IMG/VR virus record: IMGVR_UViG_3300005817_000001
Direction: 5' to 3' (one strand)
Source: a virus
Length of the DNA stretch: 43,830 bases
The number at the start of each line of letters is the position of its first letter. The first letter of the stretch is position 1. The notes beneath the pieces are model-generated. The model searched no databases. It was not told where the DNA came from and saw nothing but the letters and a program-made list of their open reading frames with translations. A program made the translations under genes and the position numbers. This document shows positions 7,930 to 16,455 of the stretch, in pieces.

Positions 7930-8520
7930 ATGACGCGCACTTACGCAATGCTCGACCTTGAGTTCACTAGCCTTGACCTGAATCATTCCCACATTACTGA
8001 TTGGGGTATTGTAGTATTCGATAAGGATACCTTTGAACCCATCCAAGAATTAGGTGAGCGCTGCCCAGTATTAGAATCCCATTGGAATAAGCAAACCTTA
8101 GAGTGGGCTAAGGCGCATACTAGTGAAGAGGTGATGGCCCAAACCGTAGTCTATCCTTCTCCCCATTTTAACATGGATGAGTACAGGGAGATGCGGCAGG
8201 AATACTTCTTCCGTATGCACAGGGCTATCACTGATCTGATTACCTATTATGGTCAGAAGGAATTAGTCTTCATTATCAATCATCCAGAATGTGATGCTAC
8301 CCTACTTAAAAGGACCTACAAGAAGTATGGAGTAGAGTACCCAGTCCACTATCAAAACCATAAGGATATGGACTCGCTTATGATGGCTTCTATGGGGGCC
8401 AATTATGATGCGCGATATAGAATGTGGGATGAGATTAAAACAAAGACGGCTCACACTGCTATTGCAGACTGCCTTGAGCAGATCAATAAGCTTAAGTTCT
8501 TTGAGGTTAACCTTCCGTAA
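7930..8520 (+). CDS. DnaQ-like (DEDDh) 3'-5' exonuclease
   Basis: Exo I LDLEF; Exo II NHPECD; Exo III HTAIAD. Start set to the ATG at 7930, 10 nt after AAAGGAG. Confidence 0.8.
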   Translation: MTRTYAMLDLEFTSLDLNHSHITDWGIVVFDKDTFEPIQELGERCPVLESHWNKQTLEWAKAHTSEEVMAQTVVYPSPHFNMDEYREMRQEYFFRMHRAITDLITYYGQKELVFIINHPECDATLLKRTYKKYGVEYPVHYQNHKDMDSLMMASMGANYDARYRMWDEIKTKTAHTAIADCLEQINKLKFFEVNLP

Positions 8521-8527
8521 GTAAGGT

Positions 8528-8670
8528 AAGCGGCTTTATCTAATAGTCTTGTTCTAGTGGGGACGAGCATGTATTCTACGAAACGGGCTGCACTTGTGCC
8601 TGCCCGTGCAGTTAAGATACAGCGAAGTAGGGTCCCACGAACAAGGACTATTCGTAAAGACTAGCGAAAA
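8528..8670 (+). ncRNA. Structured intergenic element, copy A (twin of 17750-17897 on the - strand); class unknown
   Basis: AATAGTCTTGTTC (8542-8554) pairs with GAACAAGGACTATT (8639-8652), and GTGGG (8557-8561) pairs with CCCAC (8634-8638). The other copy has the same architecture with compensatory changes. No ORF. Confidence 0.6.
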
Positions 8671-8694
8671 GGATAATCCCTGAGGTATAAGATA

Positions 8695-8868
8695 ATGAAT
8701 GAGAAGGAGATGGTCCCATACCTACGGGTTAATGGATGGACTGAACATCCTGATGATCCTAGTTATTGGCTTAGTCCTAAAGGCGATCCCGCCTATAAGT
8801 ATAAGACCACTACTGCCTATGGAGCGCAGCGTAGATACGAACAGAGAAAGAGGAAGGGGAATGCCTAA
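8695..8868 (+). CDS. small hypothetical protein (57 aa), different frame from track ORF 8699-9115
   Basis: ATG at 8695 with GAGG 9 nt upstream. MNEKEMVPYLRVNGWTEHPDDPSYWLSPKGDPAYKYKTTTAYGAQRRYEQRKRKGNA has normal protein composition. It ends in ATGCCTAA, overlapping the next start. Confidence 0.55.
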   Translation: MNEKEMVPYLRVNGWTEHPDDPSYWLSPKGDPAYKYKTTTAYGAQRRYEQRKRKGNA

Positions 8869-9115
8869 CTGGTACATACAAAGGAAAGATAATAACCACT
8901 TCCTTAAGACTGTAAACAATACGGCGGTGCGTACTAAGTATTTATGGGTAGATAAGATAGAAGAGGCTACCAACTTTCGCTATCAGATAACTGCTCAGCG
9001 TACAGCTCATACCTTAACCCGAACCAATAGCAATAAGGACAGGCCAGTTAGACTACTCTGTCAAGAATCAACTGGAAAAATTTTCGAGGTTGCAAAAATC
9101 GAAATCGAGGAGTAG
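8861..9115 (+). CDS. hypothetical protein (84 aa)
   Basis: Internal ATG of track ORF 8699-9115, preceded by GGAAGGGG. The upstream part of that ORF (MRRRWSHTYG...) looks like an out-of-frame read of the 8695 gene. Confidence 0.55.
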   Translation: MPNWYIQRKDNNHFLKTVNNTAVRTKYLWVDKIEEATNFRYQITAQRTAHTLTRTNSNKDRPVRLLCQESTGKIFEVAKIEIEE

Positions 9116-9162
9116 CATGGGCCTCACCTTCGAAAATCATCTTAATAATCAGGCAAGCGAAT

Positions 9163-10155
9163 ATGAAACTTTCTCAGTTAATTAGCGCAAGCAATGCTGC
9201 TGGTATTAAGGCTCCGAAGCGAACTCATAGTATGCTAGTTTATGGAATGCCTAAAGTAGGTAAGACTGAATTAGCTGCAACAATCGCTAAGCTGAATGCA
9301 GTAGACAACGTATACTGGTTTGATCTGGAGAATGGCGCAGACACTATCCTTGATATGTATCGTCGAGGTCGCCTAACACTAGAACAGCTTGATAAGATTA
9401 CCCTTATTAAGGTTCCAGATACTCGTGAAAATCCTACTGGCATGGAGACTCTACTTCGCGCAATTGCTACTAGGAACCCCGTTAAGATTTGTGAGGAGCA
9501 CGGTAAGGTAGCCTGTCCGCAATGCGCTAAAGATGGTAGTCCAGTAATTGACTTCTGCCATAGCAAGCTAACTGATCGAGACGTTATTGTAATTGACTCT
9601 CTATCCCAGGCTGGTGTATCTGCTCTTAATATGGCAATGATTGGTAAGGCTCAAGAAGCTAAGGCTGAATGGGATCATTATGGAATGCAAGGCCGGTTCC
9701 TTTCTGATCTTCTTACAGTTATCCAAGCCGCTCAGTATACCAACTTCATTTGTATCACGCACGTTCAAGTACTAGAGGATGATGCCGGTAAGGATGTCTA
9801 TTCTCCTATGTGTGGTACTAAGACTTTCAGTGCAGGAGTAGCTAAGTATTTCGGCTCTATCATCTACGCTGAAATGAAGATGAAGAAGCATAAGGCTGGC
9901 TCTAGTACAAGCTATAATGCAATGACTCAAGCTGGCTCTCGTATCGGTATCGTATTGGAGAAAGAGGATGAACTTGATCTATCAATTGCTTTACCTAAAG
10001 CGGGGCTGTTTACACAATCCAGCGGAGCCGACACCGAAGCAGTTTCTACAGATGCGCAAGCTGTACAGAGTACAGCAGTTCGGCAAGAATCTGAAGTGGT
10101 AGAAAAGAATTCTTCTACAGTAGTAGAGAATAGGCCGAAGCGATTCGGTAAGTAA
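9163..10155 (+). CDS. RecA-fold AAA ATPase, Sak4-like recombination protein with an S/T/Q-rich C-terminal tail
   Basis: Walker A GMPKVGKT; Walker B VIVIDSLS; followed by a DUF669-like gene, as in Sak4 modules. Confidence 0.7.
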   Translation: MKLSQLISASNAAGIKAPKRTHSMLVYGMPKVGKTELAATIAKLNAVDNVYWFDLENGADTILDMYRRGRLTLEQLDKITLIKVPDTRENPTGMETLLRAIATRNPVKICEEHGKVACPQCAKDGSPVIDFCHSKLTDRDVIVIDSLSQAGVSALNMAMIGKAQEAKAEWDHYGMQGRFLSDLLTVIQAAQYTNFICITHVQVLEDDAGKDVYSPMCGTKTFSAGVAKYFGSIIYAEMKMKKHKAGSSTSYNAMTQAGSRIGIVLEKEDELDLSIALPKAGLFTQSSGADTEAVSTDAQAVQSTAVRQESEVVEKNSSTVVENRPKRFGK

Positions 10156-10204
10156 GTAAGTAAACCCAACGGCATAAGCCAACTCTATATCAAAGGAAAT
10201 AACC

Positions 10205-10702
10205 ATGTCCATTCTGAACCTCGATGACGCTCTCTCCCAGTCCCTGTCCACTACTGAAGCTGCTCCTGACTTCGTTACCCCTGAGAACGGCGTATACGTT
10301 TTTGAAGTAGAAGCTACTGGCGCTGAGCAGAAAGATACTAAGGATGCTAAGAAGGCTCAAGCTGAAGGCAAGCCGCTGAAGTATATCGTACTGAAGCTGA
10401 CCTATAAGATCACTGATATCATTGAGCAAGAAGGCGCTCCGATCAAGCCAGGCTCCCTTACTAGCGAGCAGTTCATTCTGAACGATCAAGGTCTGCCGTA
10501 CTTCAAAGCCCGTATCCGTGATATCGCAGTAGCCTCTGGTGGTAGTGCAGAAGATGTGGATGGCCTGTCTATTGCAGAGGCTCTGGAAGCCGTCAAGGGT
10601 ATTACCTTCAAGGTTAACGCCAAGCAGAACAAGCGTACTGTAGATGGCAACGAGATTGTCAACATTCGCTACTCTAACATTCGCAACGCTGAAGCTGAAT
10701 AA
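10205..10702 (+). CDS. probable ssDNA-binding partner of Sak4 (DUF669-like), highly expressed
   Basis: Position immediately after the Sak4-like gene, ~165 aa, acidic, with an N-terminal P-x-x-G-x-Y-x-F-E pattern. CTG/CGT/GCT-biased codon usage resembles the capsid gene. Followed by a terminator. Confidence 0.45.
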   Translation: MSILNLDDALSQSLSTTEAAPDFVTPENGVYVFEVEATGAEQKDTKDAKKAQAEGKPLKYIVLKLTYKITDIIEQEGAPIKPGSLTSEQFILNDQGLPYFKARIRDIAVASGGSAEDVDGLSIAEALEAVKGITFKVNAKQNKRTVDGNEIVNIRYSNIRNAEAE

Positions 10703-10721
10703 GCCTAGCTGCTAGTGTTAA

Positions 10722-10757
10722 ATAAGGGCTACTACGGTGGCCCTTATCTTCTTTCTT
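10722..10757 (+). terminator. Rho-independent terminator
   Basis: ATAAGGGC (10722-10729) / GCCCTTAT (10740-10747), 10-nt loop, then CTTCTTTCTT. Confidence 0.7.
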
Positions 10758-10778
10758 GTACCATCCGAGGGCTACACA

Positions 10779-11087
10779 ATGTCTAAAGTCATCATGGTTG
10801 CACTGGCTATTAATCTTGGCCAGCATCCTGCAATGGGTACTGAACGTCTCAACCTGTTCTTCGATACCTATCCTACTCACGCTGATGTAGAGAACGCTAT
10901 CCAAGAGGAAGATAAGGACGGCCGCTACGCTGAACTGTTCTCCCAACTGGAAGTAGATGACATTCTGGACTTCCAAACAGACTTCGAAACTGAAGGCTTT
11001 ATTAGCTTCGATGTAGCGGACGAGTCTGGTAGTGTCCTCATTCAAGAGCTGCCTCTACATAGTAGCTCTAACGTAGAAATGGAGTAA
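10779..11087 (+). CDS. hypothetical acidic protein (102 aa)
   Basis: Start trimmed to the ATG at 10779 with a GAGGG RBS. The track start at 10737 lies inside the terminator. Confidence 0.65.
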   Translation: MSKVIMVALAINLGQHPAMGTERLNLFFDTYPTHADVENAIQEEDKDGRYAELFSQLEVDDILDFQTDFETEGFISFDVADESGSVLIQELPLHSSSNVEME

Positions 11088-11149
11088 CTAAAAAGCCCTC
11101 TTATCATTAGTTTGGTAGGAGGGCTTCTTAGTTTCTCGGGGAGGAATTC

Positions 11150-11335
11150 ATGAATACGCATCGTACTACTCCAGATTCAGAAGAAGAGAAGTGGCTCCGC
11201 AGTAAGGGCTGGATTGAAAATAGTATAGGCCATTGGCAGAAGATGGGGGCCTTTATAGATGGAGCACTTACCTTAGAAGATGCCATCAAGCTAGAAAAGA
11301 TAATGGAGAGCTGGTGGAATGAAGGTCCTAATTAA
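11150..11335 (+). CDS. hypothetical protein (61 aa)
   Basis: GGGGAGG RBS. Confidence 0.65.
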   Translation: MNTHRTTPDSEEEKWLRSKGWIENSIGHWQKMGAFIDGALTLEDAIKLEKIMESWWNEGPN

Positions 11336-13685
11336 TTATACCTTAGAAGAAAAAGCCTACCTCAATGCGATGGACTGGCTGCTTAAGAAGAATGGGCACG
11401 AAGGCGTAGCTACTTCTCGCACTCTTAGTATGACAGAGATTAATACTCTGGCTGCCTCAGCTGGATGCTCTGCCGTGCTAGTAGGTAATGCGCACACTCT
11501 TAAGAACTTGGTGGGTGGAGAGAAGCCTACACTAGATAAGTGGCGTGGCACTAGAGTTGACCTCAATGTAGTCTGCATTGTAATCAATTCCCTTACTCAC
11601 TTCCACTCTGTAAACCATGGGCAGTGGCTATTCCAAAAGGACATTGATAAGCTAAAGTATATCCATAGGAAGCGCACGCCTTTCACCTATAGTGTACTGA
11701 AAGACCCAGCTCAATTCAGCAAGTGGTTAGACTTAGCAGAAAAAGCTATTCTAATCGGCTGCGACATTGAGACCAATCAACATAGCATGAAGAAGAACGC
11801 TAAGGCTTCTACTAAAGTATCCTGCTTTGATCCTAGTACCTATGACATTGCAGGGCTAGGCGAAACTTGGATTACTTGCTTGGGCTTTTCCATGCTCATG
11901 CCAGACTTAACCATTGAGACTTGTGTACTTCCTTTAGTGGAAGGCACTGAAGATTTCTGGTTAACGGATACTAACTATGCTTTGGCTATTGATTTCATGC
12001 GGAGTATGCTTGCTACTGATACTCCTAAGTGTTTCCACAATGGCCTATATGACTGCTTCCATCTCATTCGCTACAACGCTTGGCCACGTAATTGGGTGCT
12101 CGATACTATGGGGCTTTCTCATAGTTGGTATTCGGAGCTACCTAAAACTCTAGACTTCCTTTGTAGCTGGACTCTACATGACTACTACTTCTGGAAGGAT
12201 GAGGCAGACTCCACTCATAAGGCTAAAGACTATGGTAGCTATTACCAGTACAACGCTAAAGACTGTTGGGGAATGGTCCGCTCTTTGGTACAGCTCTTGC
12301 TCAATGGCGAGGACTGGATGTTTACGAACTATCAACCAGCTTTCCGCCTTGTCTATCCTAGTCTCTACGGTGCCTTCGAAGGACTTAAGGTTAACAATGA
12401 GACAAGAGCTAAATTGTTAAAAGGAGCCATGGAGAAGAAAGAGGAAGAGTTAAAGACTATCAGAGTAATGACTGATGATCCTGACTTTAATCCCGGTAGT
12501 CCTAAGCAAGTAGAGCATTTCATCTATGAAGTACTAGGCGCACGCCGTCCTCCTAGAAGTAAGAGTAAAGGAGCTACTGATAAGAAGTCTAGGGTATATG
12601 TAAGCGGACAGCATCCTCTGATTGCTATGTTCACTGACCGTCTCGATGTGTATAACAAAGAAGCTAAGGCAATCAGTACTTACTATACCTTCCTGCTATG
12701 GCATAGCCGGCTTATGTACTCACTTGACCCATTTGGTACGGAGACTGGCCGCTTTGCTAGTAGGGCTAGTGCAGGCTGGTGTGGTACTCAGATTCAGAAT
12801 CAGCCTCCATATGCTAAGTATATGTACGAACCAGATGAAGGCTTTATTGGATTTGAGTTTGACTATAGCAAAGCAGAAGCTGTATGTACTGCGCACTTAG
12901 CAGAAGCAGTTACCTTGATCGAAGCTCTAGCTGATAAGAGTGTAGACTTCTACAAGAGACTGGGTAATCTATTCTTCCAAATGAAAGTTGAGGAGGTAAC
13001 AGACGACTTCCGAAATAAGGTTTGCAAAAAGATTCAACACGGTACAAACTATATGATGGGGGCGATGACCTTTATTGATAATACTGGTGCTTCCATTCTA
13101 ATGTTTGCTGCTGGTATCCTCAACATAACAATTGTGGATATGAAGTCTACAAGGGATGATGAAATGACTATGCCGGAGTTCGCACAATTCCTGCTAGACT
13201 CTTATCATAATCCTTTCCCAGAAGTAAAACGTTGGTGGGAATCTATTCGATTGGAAGTAGCGACAACTGGTAAGCTCGTATCTCCTACTGGTCATGTACG
13301 TTATTTCTTCGGTGATCCTACCAAGAACCATAAAGTATTCCGTAGCGCAGTAGCGCATCAACCCCAGAACTTATCTGTCACTAAACTGAACGAAGGTATG
13401 TGGAAGGTCTACTCTTTGATGAAGCAGTACCCCGGCATCATAAGACTAAAGACCCAAATCCACGACAGCGTTAAGTGTCAGATTCGAATAGACAAATGCC
13501 GAGAACTGGTTCCACTAATCCAAGATACCATTACCGCAAGGCATATGGTAAAGGGGCGTATGATGGTTATTGAAGTAGACGCTGAAGCCTATAGCACCTG
13601 CTGGAAAGACAAGATCAAATGGTCTAAGTTTAAGGAAGAGCAACTGCCCGCACTAGAGGCAGAATATGCCAGGCTCACCAACTAA
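11319..13685 (+). CDS. Family A DNA polymerase with an N-terminal 3'-5' exonuclease domain
   Basis: Exo I CDIET; Exo II HNGLYD; Exo III YNAKD; pol motif A FDYSKAE; motif B RNKVCKKIQHGTNYMMG; motif C QIHDS. Confidence 0.92.
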   Translation: MKVLINYTLEEKAYLNAMDWLLKKNGHEGVATSRTLSMTEINTLAASAGCSAVLVGNAHTLKNLVGGEKPTLDKWRGTRVDLNVVCIVINSLTHFHSVNHGQWLFQKDIDKLKYIHRKRTPFTYSVLKDPAQFSKWLDLAEKAILIGCDIETNQHSMKKNAKASTKVSCFDPSTYDIAGLGETWITCLGFSMLMPDLTIETCVLPLVEGTEDFWLTDTNYALAIDFMRSMLATDTPKCFHNGLYDCFHLIRYNAWPRNWVLDTMGLSHSWYSELPKTLDFLCSWTLHDYYFWKDEADSTHKAKDYGSYYQYNAKDCWGMVRSLVQLLLNGEDWMFTNYQPAFRLVYPSLYGAFEGLKVNNETRAKLLKGAMEKKEEELKTIRVMTDDPDFNPGSPKQVEHFIYEVLGARRPPRSKSKGATDKKSRVYVSGQHPLIAMFTDRLDVYNKEAKAISTYYTFLLWHSRLMYSLDPFGTETGRFASRASAGWCGTQIQNQPPYAKYMYEPDEGFIGFEFDYSKAEAVCTAHLAEAVTLIEALADKSVDFYKRLGNLFFQMKVEEVTDDFRNKVCKKIQHGTNYMMGAMTFIDNTGASILMFAAGILNITIVDMKSTRDDEMTMPEFAQFLLDSYHNPFPEVKRWWESIRLEVATTGKLVSPTGHVRYFFGDPTKNHKVFRSAVAHQPQNLSVTKLNEGMWKVYSLMKQYPGIIRLKTQIHDSVKCQIRIDKCRELVPLIQDTITARHMVKGRMMVIEVDAEAYSTCWKDKIKWSKFKEEQLPALEAEYARLTN

Positions 13686-13700
13686 CAGAAGGAGTGTGGT

Positions 13701-14948
13701 ATGTCCTTCTTCAAGGAGTATCTCGACTACGTAGGAGAGTCAGAGTCACCAGACATTTATCATAGATGGACAGCTATATCTCTAATAGGCAGTGTACTAG
13801 GTAGGAACTTCTGGTTTCCTCACGGACACTTTACAATCTATCCTAACATGTATATCATGCTACAGGGTCTGCCCGCAGTACGCAAAAGCTCAGCTATTAA
13901 TATCGGTAATAAGATTCTCAAGAAGACTGGATATAAGAAGTTTGCTAGTAGTCGCATGAGTCGTGAGATGTTCCTTCAGGAACTGCACCATATCAATCAG
14001 CCTAACCCCGATGAGTATAGCTTCGATGAATTACTAGATATGAAGATGGATGGAGCCAATGAGATTACTATCCATGCAGGAGAGTTCTTAGACTTCATAG
14101 GCCAAGGGGATAAGGATTACCTAATGCTCATCACTAACCTATGGGATAACCTAGATGAGTACAAGAACCCAAAACTTACTAGTAAGACTGTGGTTGTTAC
14201 CAAGCCGACTATTAACTTCCTTGCAGCTAATACTCCAGAGGCGCTTAACATGGCTTTCCCGCCAGAGGTTATTGGCAGTGGTACTCTTAGTCGGTTTCTG
14301 TTTATACATAGTCCTGGTACTGGTAAAAAGATTCTTATGCCGAAAGCCCCGTGCCCGAAGAAAGAAGAAGCTATAATCAACTATTTATCGGACATACAGG
14401 ATCAGGTTAAAGGAGAGGCTAAGGTAACTGCAGAAGCACTAGAGGTTTTAGACTATCTGTATAACAATCAAGAGCCTATTGATGATCCAAGGTTCTCTCA
14501 CTACACCGCGCGTAGGCTGACTCATCTACTTAAGCTAGGCTTGATTGTAGCAGCCAGCCGACTAAGTACTACTATCACTGAGCGAGACGTATTGATTGCC
14601 AATACCTTTCTTGGTGCCGCTGAATATGGAATGCCGAAAGCCTTAGGCCACTTTGGTAGGAGCAAGTACTCAGCTAGTTATCATGCCATCTTAGAATTCC
14701 TTGAGGAAGCGGGACGGCCTATGACTATGAAGGACTTGTATATCAGGTTCAGTAGTGACTTCGCAAAAGAGACTGACTTCCTAGCTACCATGATGGATAT
14801 GCAGAACGCTGACAAAGTAGTAGCGATCAGGAAGGACGATAAGTTTATTGGCATGACAACTAAAGGAACCCCTTTCCCTAAATGGCTTAAGCCTGTCATG
14901 CTAACTGAAGAATTAACTAAGCAAGAACTAGGAGTGATCGGACTATGA
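13701..14948 (+). CDS. VirE / DUF3987-like P-loop protein (candidate replicative helicase or primase partner)
   Basis: The P-loop-like segment LQGLPAVRKSS has R in place of the second Walker A glycine. Size and position next to the polymerase fit. AGAAGGAG RBS. Confidence 0.4.
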   Translation: MSFFKEYLDYVGESESPDIYHRWTAISLIGSVLGRNFWFPHGHFTIYPNMYIMLQGLPAVRKSSAINIGNKILKKTGYKKFASSRMSREMFLQELHHINQPNPDEYSFDELLDMKMDGANEITIHAGEFLDFIGQGDKDYLMLITNLWDNLDEYKNPKLTSKTVVVTKPTINFLAANTPEALNMAFPPEVIGSGTLSRFLFIHSPGTGKKILMPKAPCPKKEEAIINYLSDIQDQVKGEAKVTAEALEVLDYLYNNQEPIDDPRFSHYTARRLTHLLKLGLIVAASRLSTTITERDVLIANTFLGAAEYGMPKALGHFGRSKYSASYHAILEFLEEAGRPMTMKDLYIRFSSDFAKETDFLATMMDMQNADKVVAIRKDDKFIGMTTKGTPFPKWLKPVMLTEELTKQELGVIGL

Positions 14949-16210
14949 ACTGGACAGAATATTCAAAGCTGGCTTTGCGCACTGAATCTATTCCAATTAA
15001 TACTTATGGCGCTATTACCCTAGGTAAATCAAATCAAGAGGAGCCATGTGAAAAGGCTACTCGTCTACTCCACGCTGCAATGGGATTAGTTACCGAAACT
15101 CAGGAGATTGAAACATATAGGGACAAGGTTAATCTAATTGAGGAGATTGGAGACTGCTTCTGGTATATTCCTATTATCGCTGATGTAATTCCTAAGTTTA
15201 ATATACAACCGGTATTAGCAGTAAGACTTGCATCTGGTTCACCGGAATATAACCTACGAGCCTGTAGACGTTACGCGGCTGAGTTAATAGACTTGATAGG
15301 CAAGCGCCATATCTTCTATGGAAAGGAGCTTGATCTTACTAAAGTAGTGAGCGCAGCGGAGTCTTACACCTATTACCTAGTTCGCTACTGTACAGTTATG
15401 CAGATTGATCTTGAGCATACTTGGGAAGCAAATATCAAAAAGCTAGAGAAGCGCTATCCTGATCTACGTTTCAATGGTGAGCACGCAGTTAATCGCAATG
15501 TAGCTAATGAGCTATCCCATATTGAAGAGGCAGTAGATATGGAGAGTAAGGATCAGGCTTATACAGAACCTACAAGTGTAGATGACCAGATTAAATTAAA
15601 CTGGGAAATTCTAAAGACTGGTATCCAGACTGATCTAGTGTATCATGCAGATCCAGATAAGGTAGCAGTAGCTGTACTAGAGTACCTGAACTGCTCTGAG
15701 GATCATGCTAGAATTCTGCTAGGAGAAGAGTTCGAACGCTGCCGATTTACTATAGTGCATGATGGGGATAAGCAAATTCTTACAGCAGTACCTCTCAAAT
15801 TCAAAGAGGCGGATGAAGATAAGGCGGATGCTAAAGCCATTGAAGAACGCAGCGCCGAACCCACCTATGAAGTAGCTTTGGATGGGCAGGGTATTCTAGA
15901 AGTTACAGCTAAAGGGTTCAATAGCATTCTCCGTAATGACTTCACTCCTAATGAGATTGAACGCATTGCAATGGGCCTATCCTTTGAGCTAGGCAATAAG
16001 TTTAAAGCTGCTGGCATGGATATCCTAGCTACCGCAATGGGCGGTGTATATAGAGAGTACAGCGGACGCGGAGATAAGCTAGCTGACAATACTGTATTCG
16101 GGATGTACGAGATGATGGGATATCCAAAGACTATGGAAGGTATCCTAGCTATCGCCAACTCCATTCTAAGGAAACCTAAAGATGCAAGTGATAACTCCAG
16201 CGCAGGATAA
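14945..16210 (+). CDS. MazG-like NTP pyrophosphohydrolase domain fused to a ~250-aa C-terminal region of unknown function
   Basis: LLHAAMGLVTETQEIE and EEIGDCFWY (E-x2-E / E-x2-D helix pair) lie in the first ~170 aa. ATGA overlap with the upstream gene. Confidence 0.7.
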   Translation: MNWTEYSKLALRTESIPINTYGAITLGKSNQEEPCEKATRLLHAAMGLVTETQEIETYRDKVNLIEEIGDCFWYIPIIADVIPKFNIQPVLAVRLASGSPEYNLRACRRYAAELIDLIGKRHIFYGKELDLTKVVSAAESYTYYLVRYCTVMQIDLEHTWEANIKKLEKRYPDLRFNGEHAVNRNVANELSHIEEAVDMESKDQAYTEPTSVDDQIKLNWEILKTGIQTDLVYHADPDKVAVAVLEYLNCSEDHARILLGEEFERCRFTIVHDGDKQILTAVPLKFKEADEDKADAKAIEERSAEPTYEVALDGQGILEVTAKGFNSILRNDFTPNEIERIAMGLSFELGNKFKAAGMDILATAMGGVYREYSGRGDKLADNTVFGMYEMMGYPKTMEGILAIANSILRKPKDASDNSSAG

Positions 16211-16409
16211 GACTCGCGCAGAATGTCGTAAGATGAAGTTCAGTGGAATTCGGAGTGATAAGATTCTGGAGAACTTCGAGATTTGGTTGATGGGTAATAT
16301 GGTAGAAGAGATTACTAGCGAGCAGTTAGCAGTTAATCCTTACGCCATCAGTCGAGCATACGAACGAGCCTTTGGTTTGCATGAAGGCACTGTGTACATC
16401 AGCCAATAA
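16182..16409 (+). CDS. hypothetical protein (75 aa)
   Basis: AAGGAAA RBS; 29-nt overlap with the MazG fusion gene. Confidence 0.5.
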   Translation: MQVITPAQDKTRAECRKMKFSGIRSDKILENFEIWLMGNMVEEITSEQLAVNPYAISRAYERAFGLHEGTVYISQ

Positions 16410-16455
16410 CTTAACCAATAAGGGGCATCTCATTCATGTCCCAGGAGATAATGTT

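Noticed and set aside
8528-8670. tRNA, tmRNA or a known small ribozyme in the structured elements
   Set aside because: No cloverleaf, no GTTCRANYC T-loop and no acceptor or CCA context. There is no CUGANGA...GAAA hammerhead core in both copies, and no twister- or pistol-like conserved core that I can match.
8699-8860. N-terminal part of the 138-aa track ORF
   Set aside because: It is better explained as the out-of-frame shadow of the 57-aa gene starting at 8695 (see features).
10141-10165. (TAAG)n stop clusters after the Sak4-like gene (TAAGTAAGTAAGTAA) and after the exonuclease gene (8518-8531, TAAGTAAGGTAAG)
   Set aside because: They put stops in several frames at gene ends, which is probably just robust termination. 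The tract is too short to call a functional repeat.
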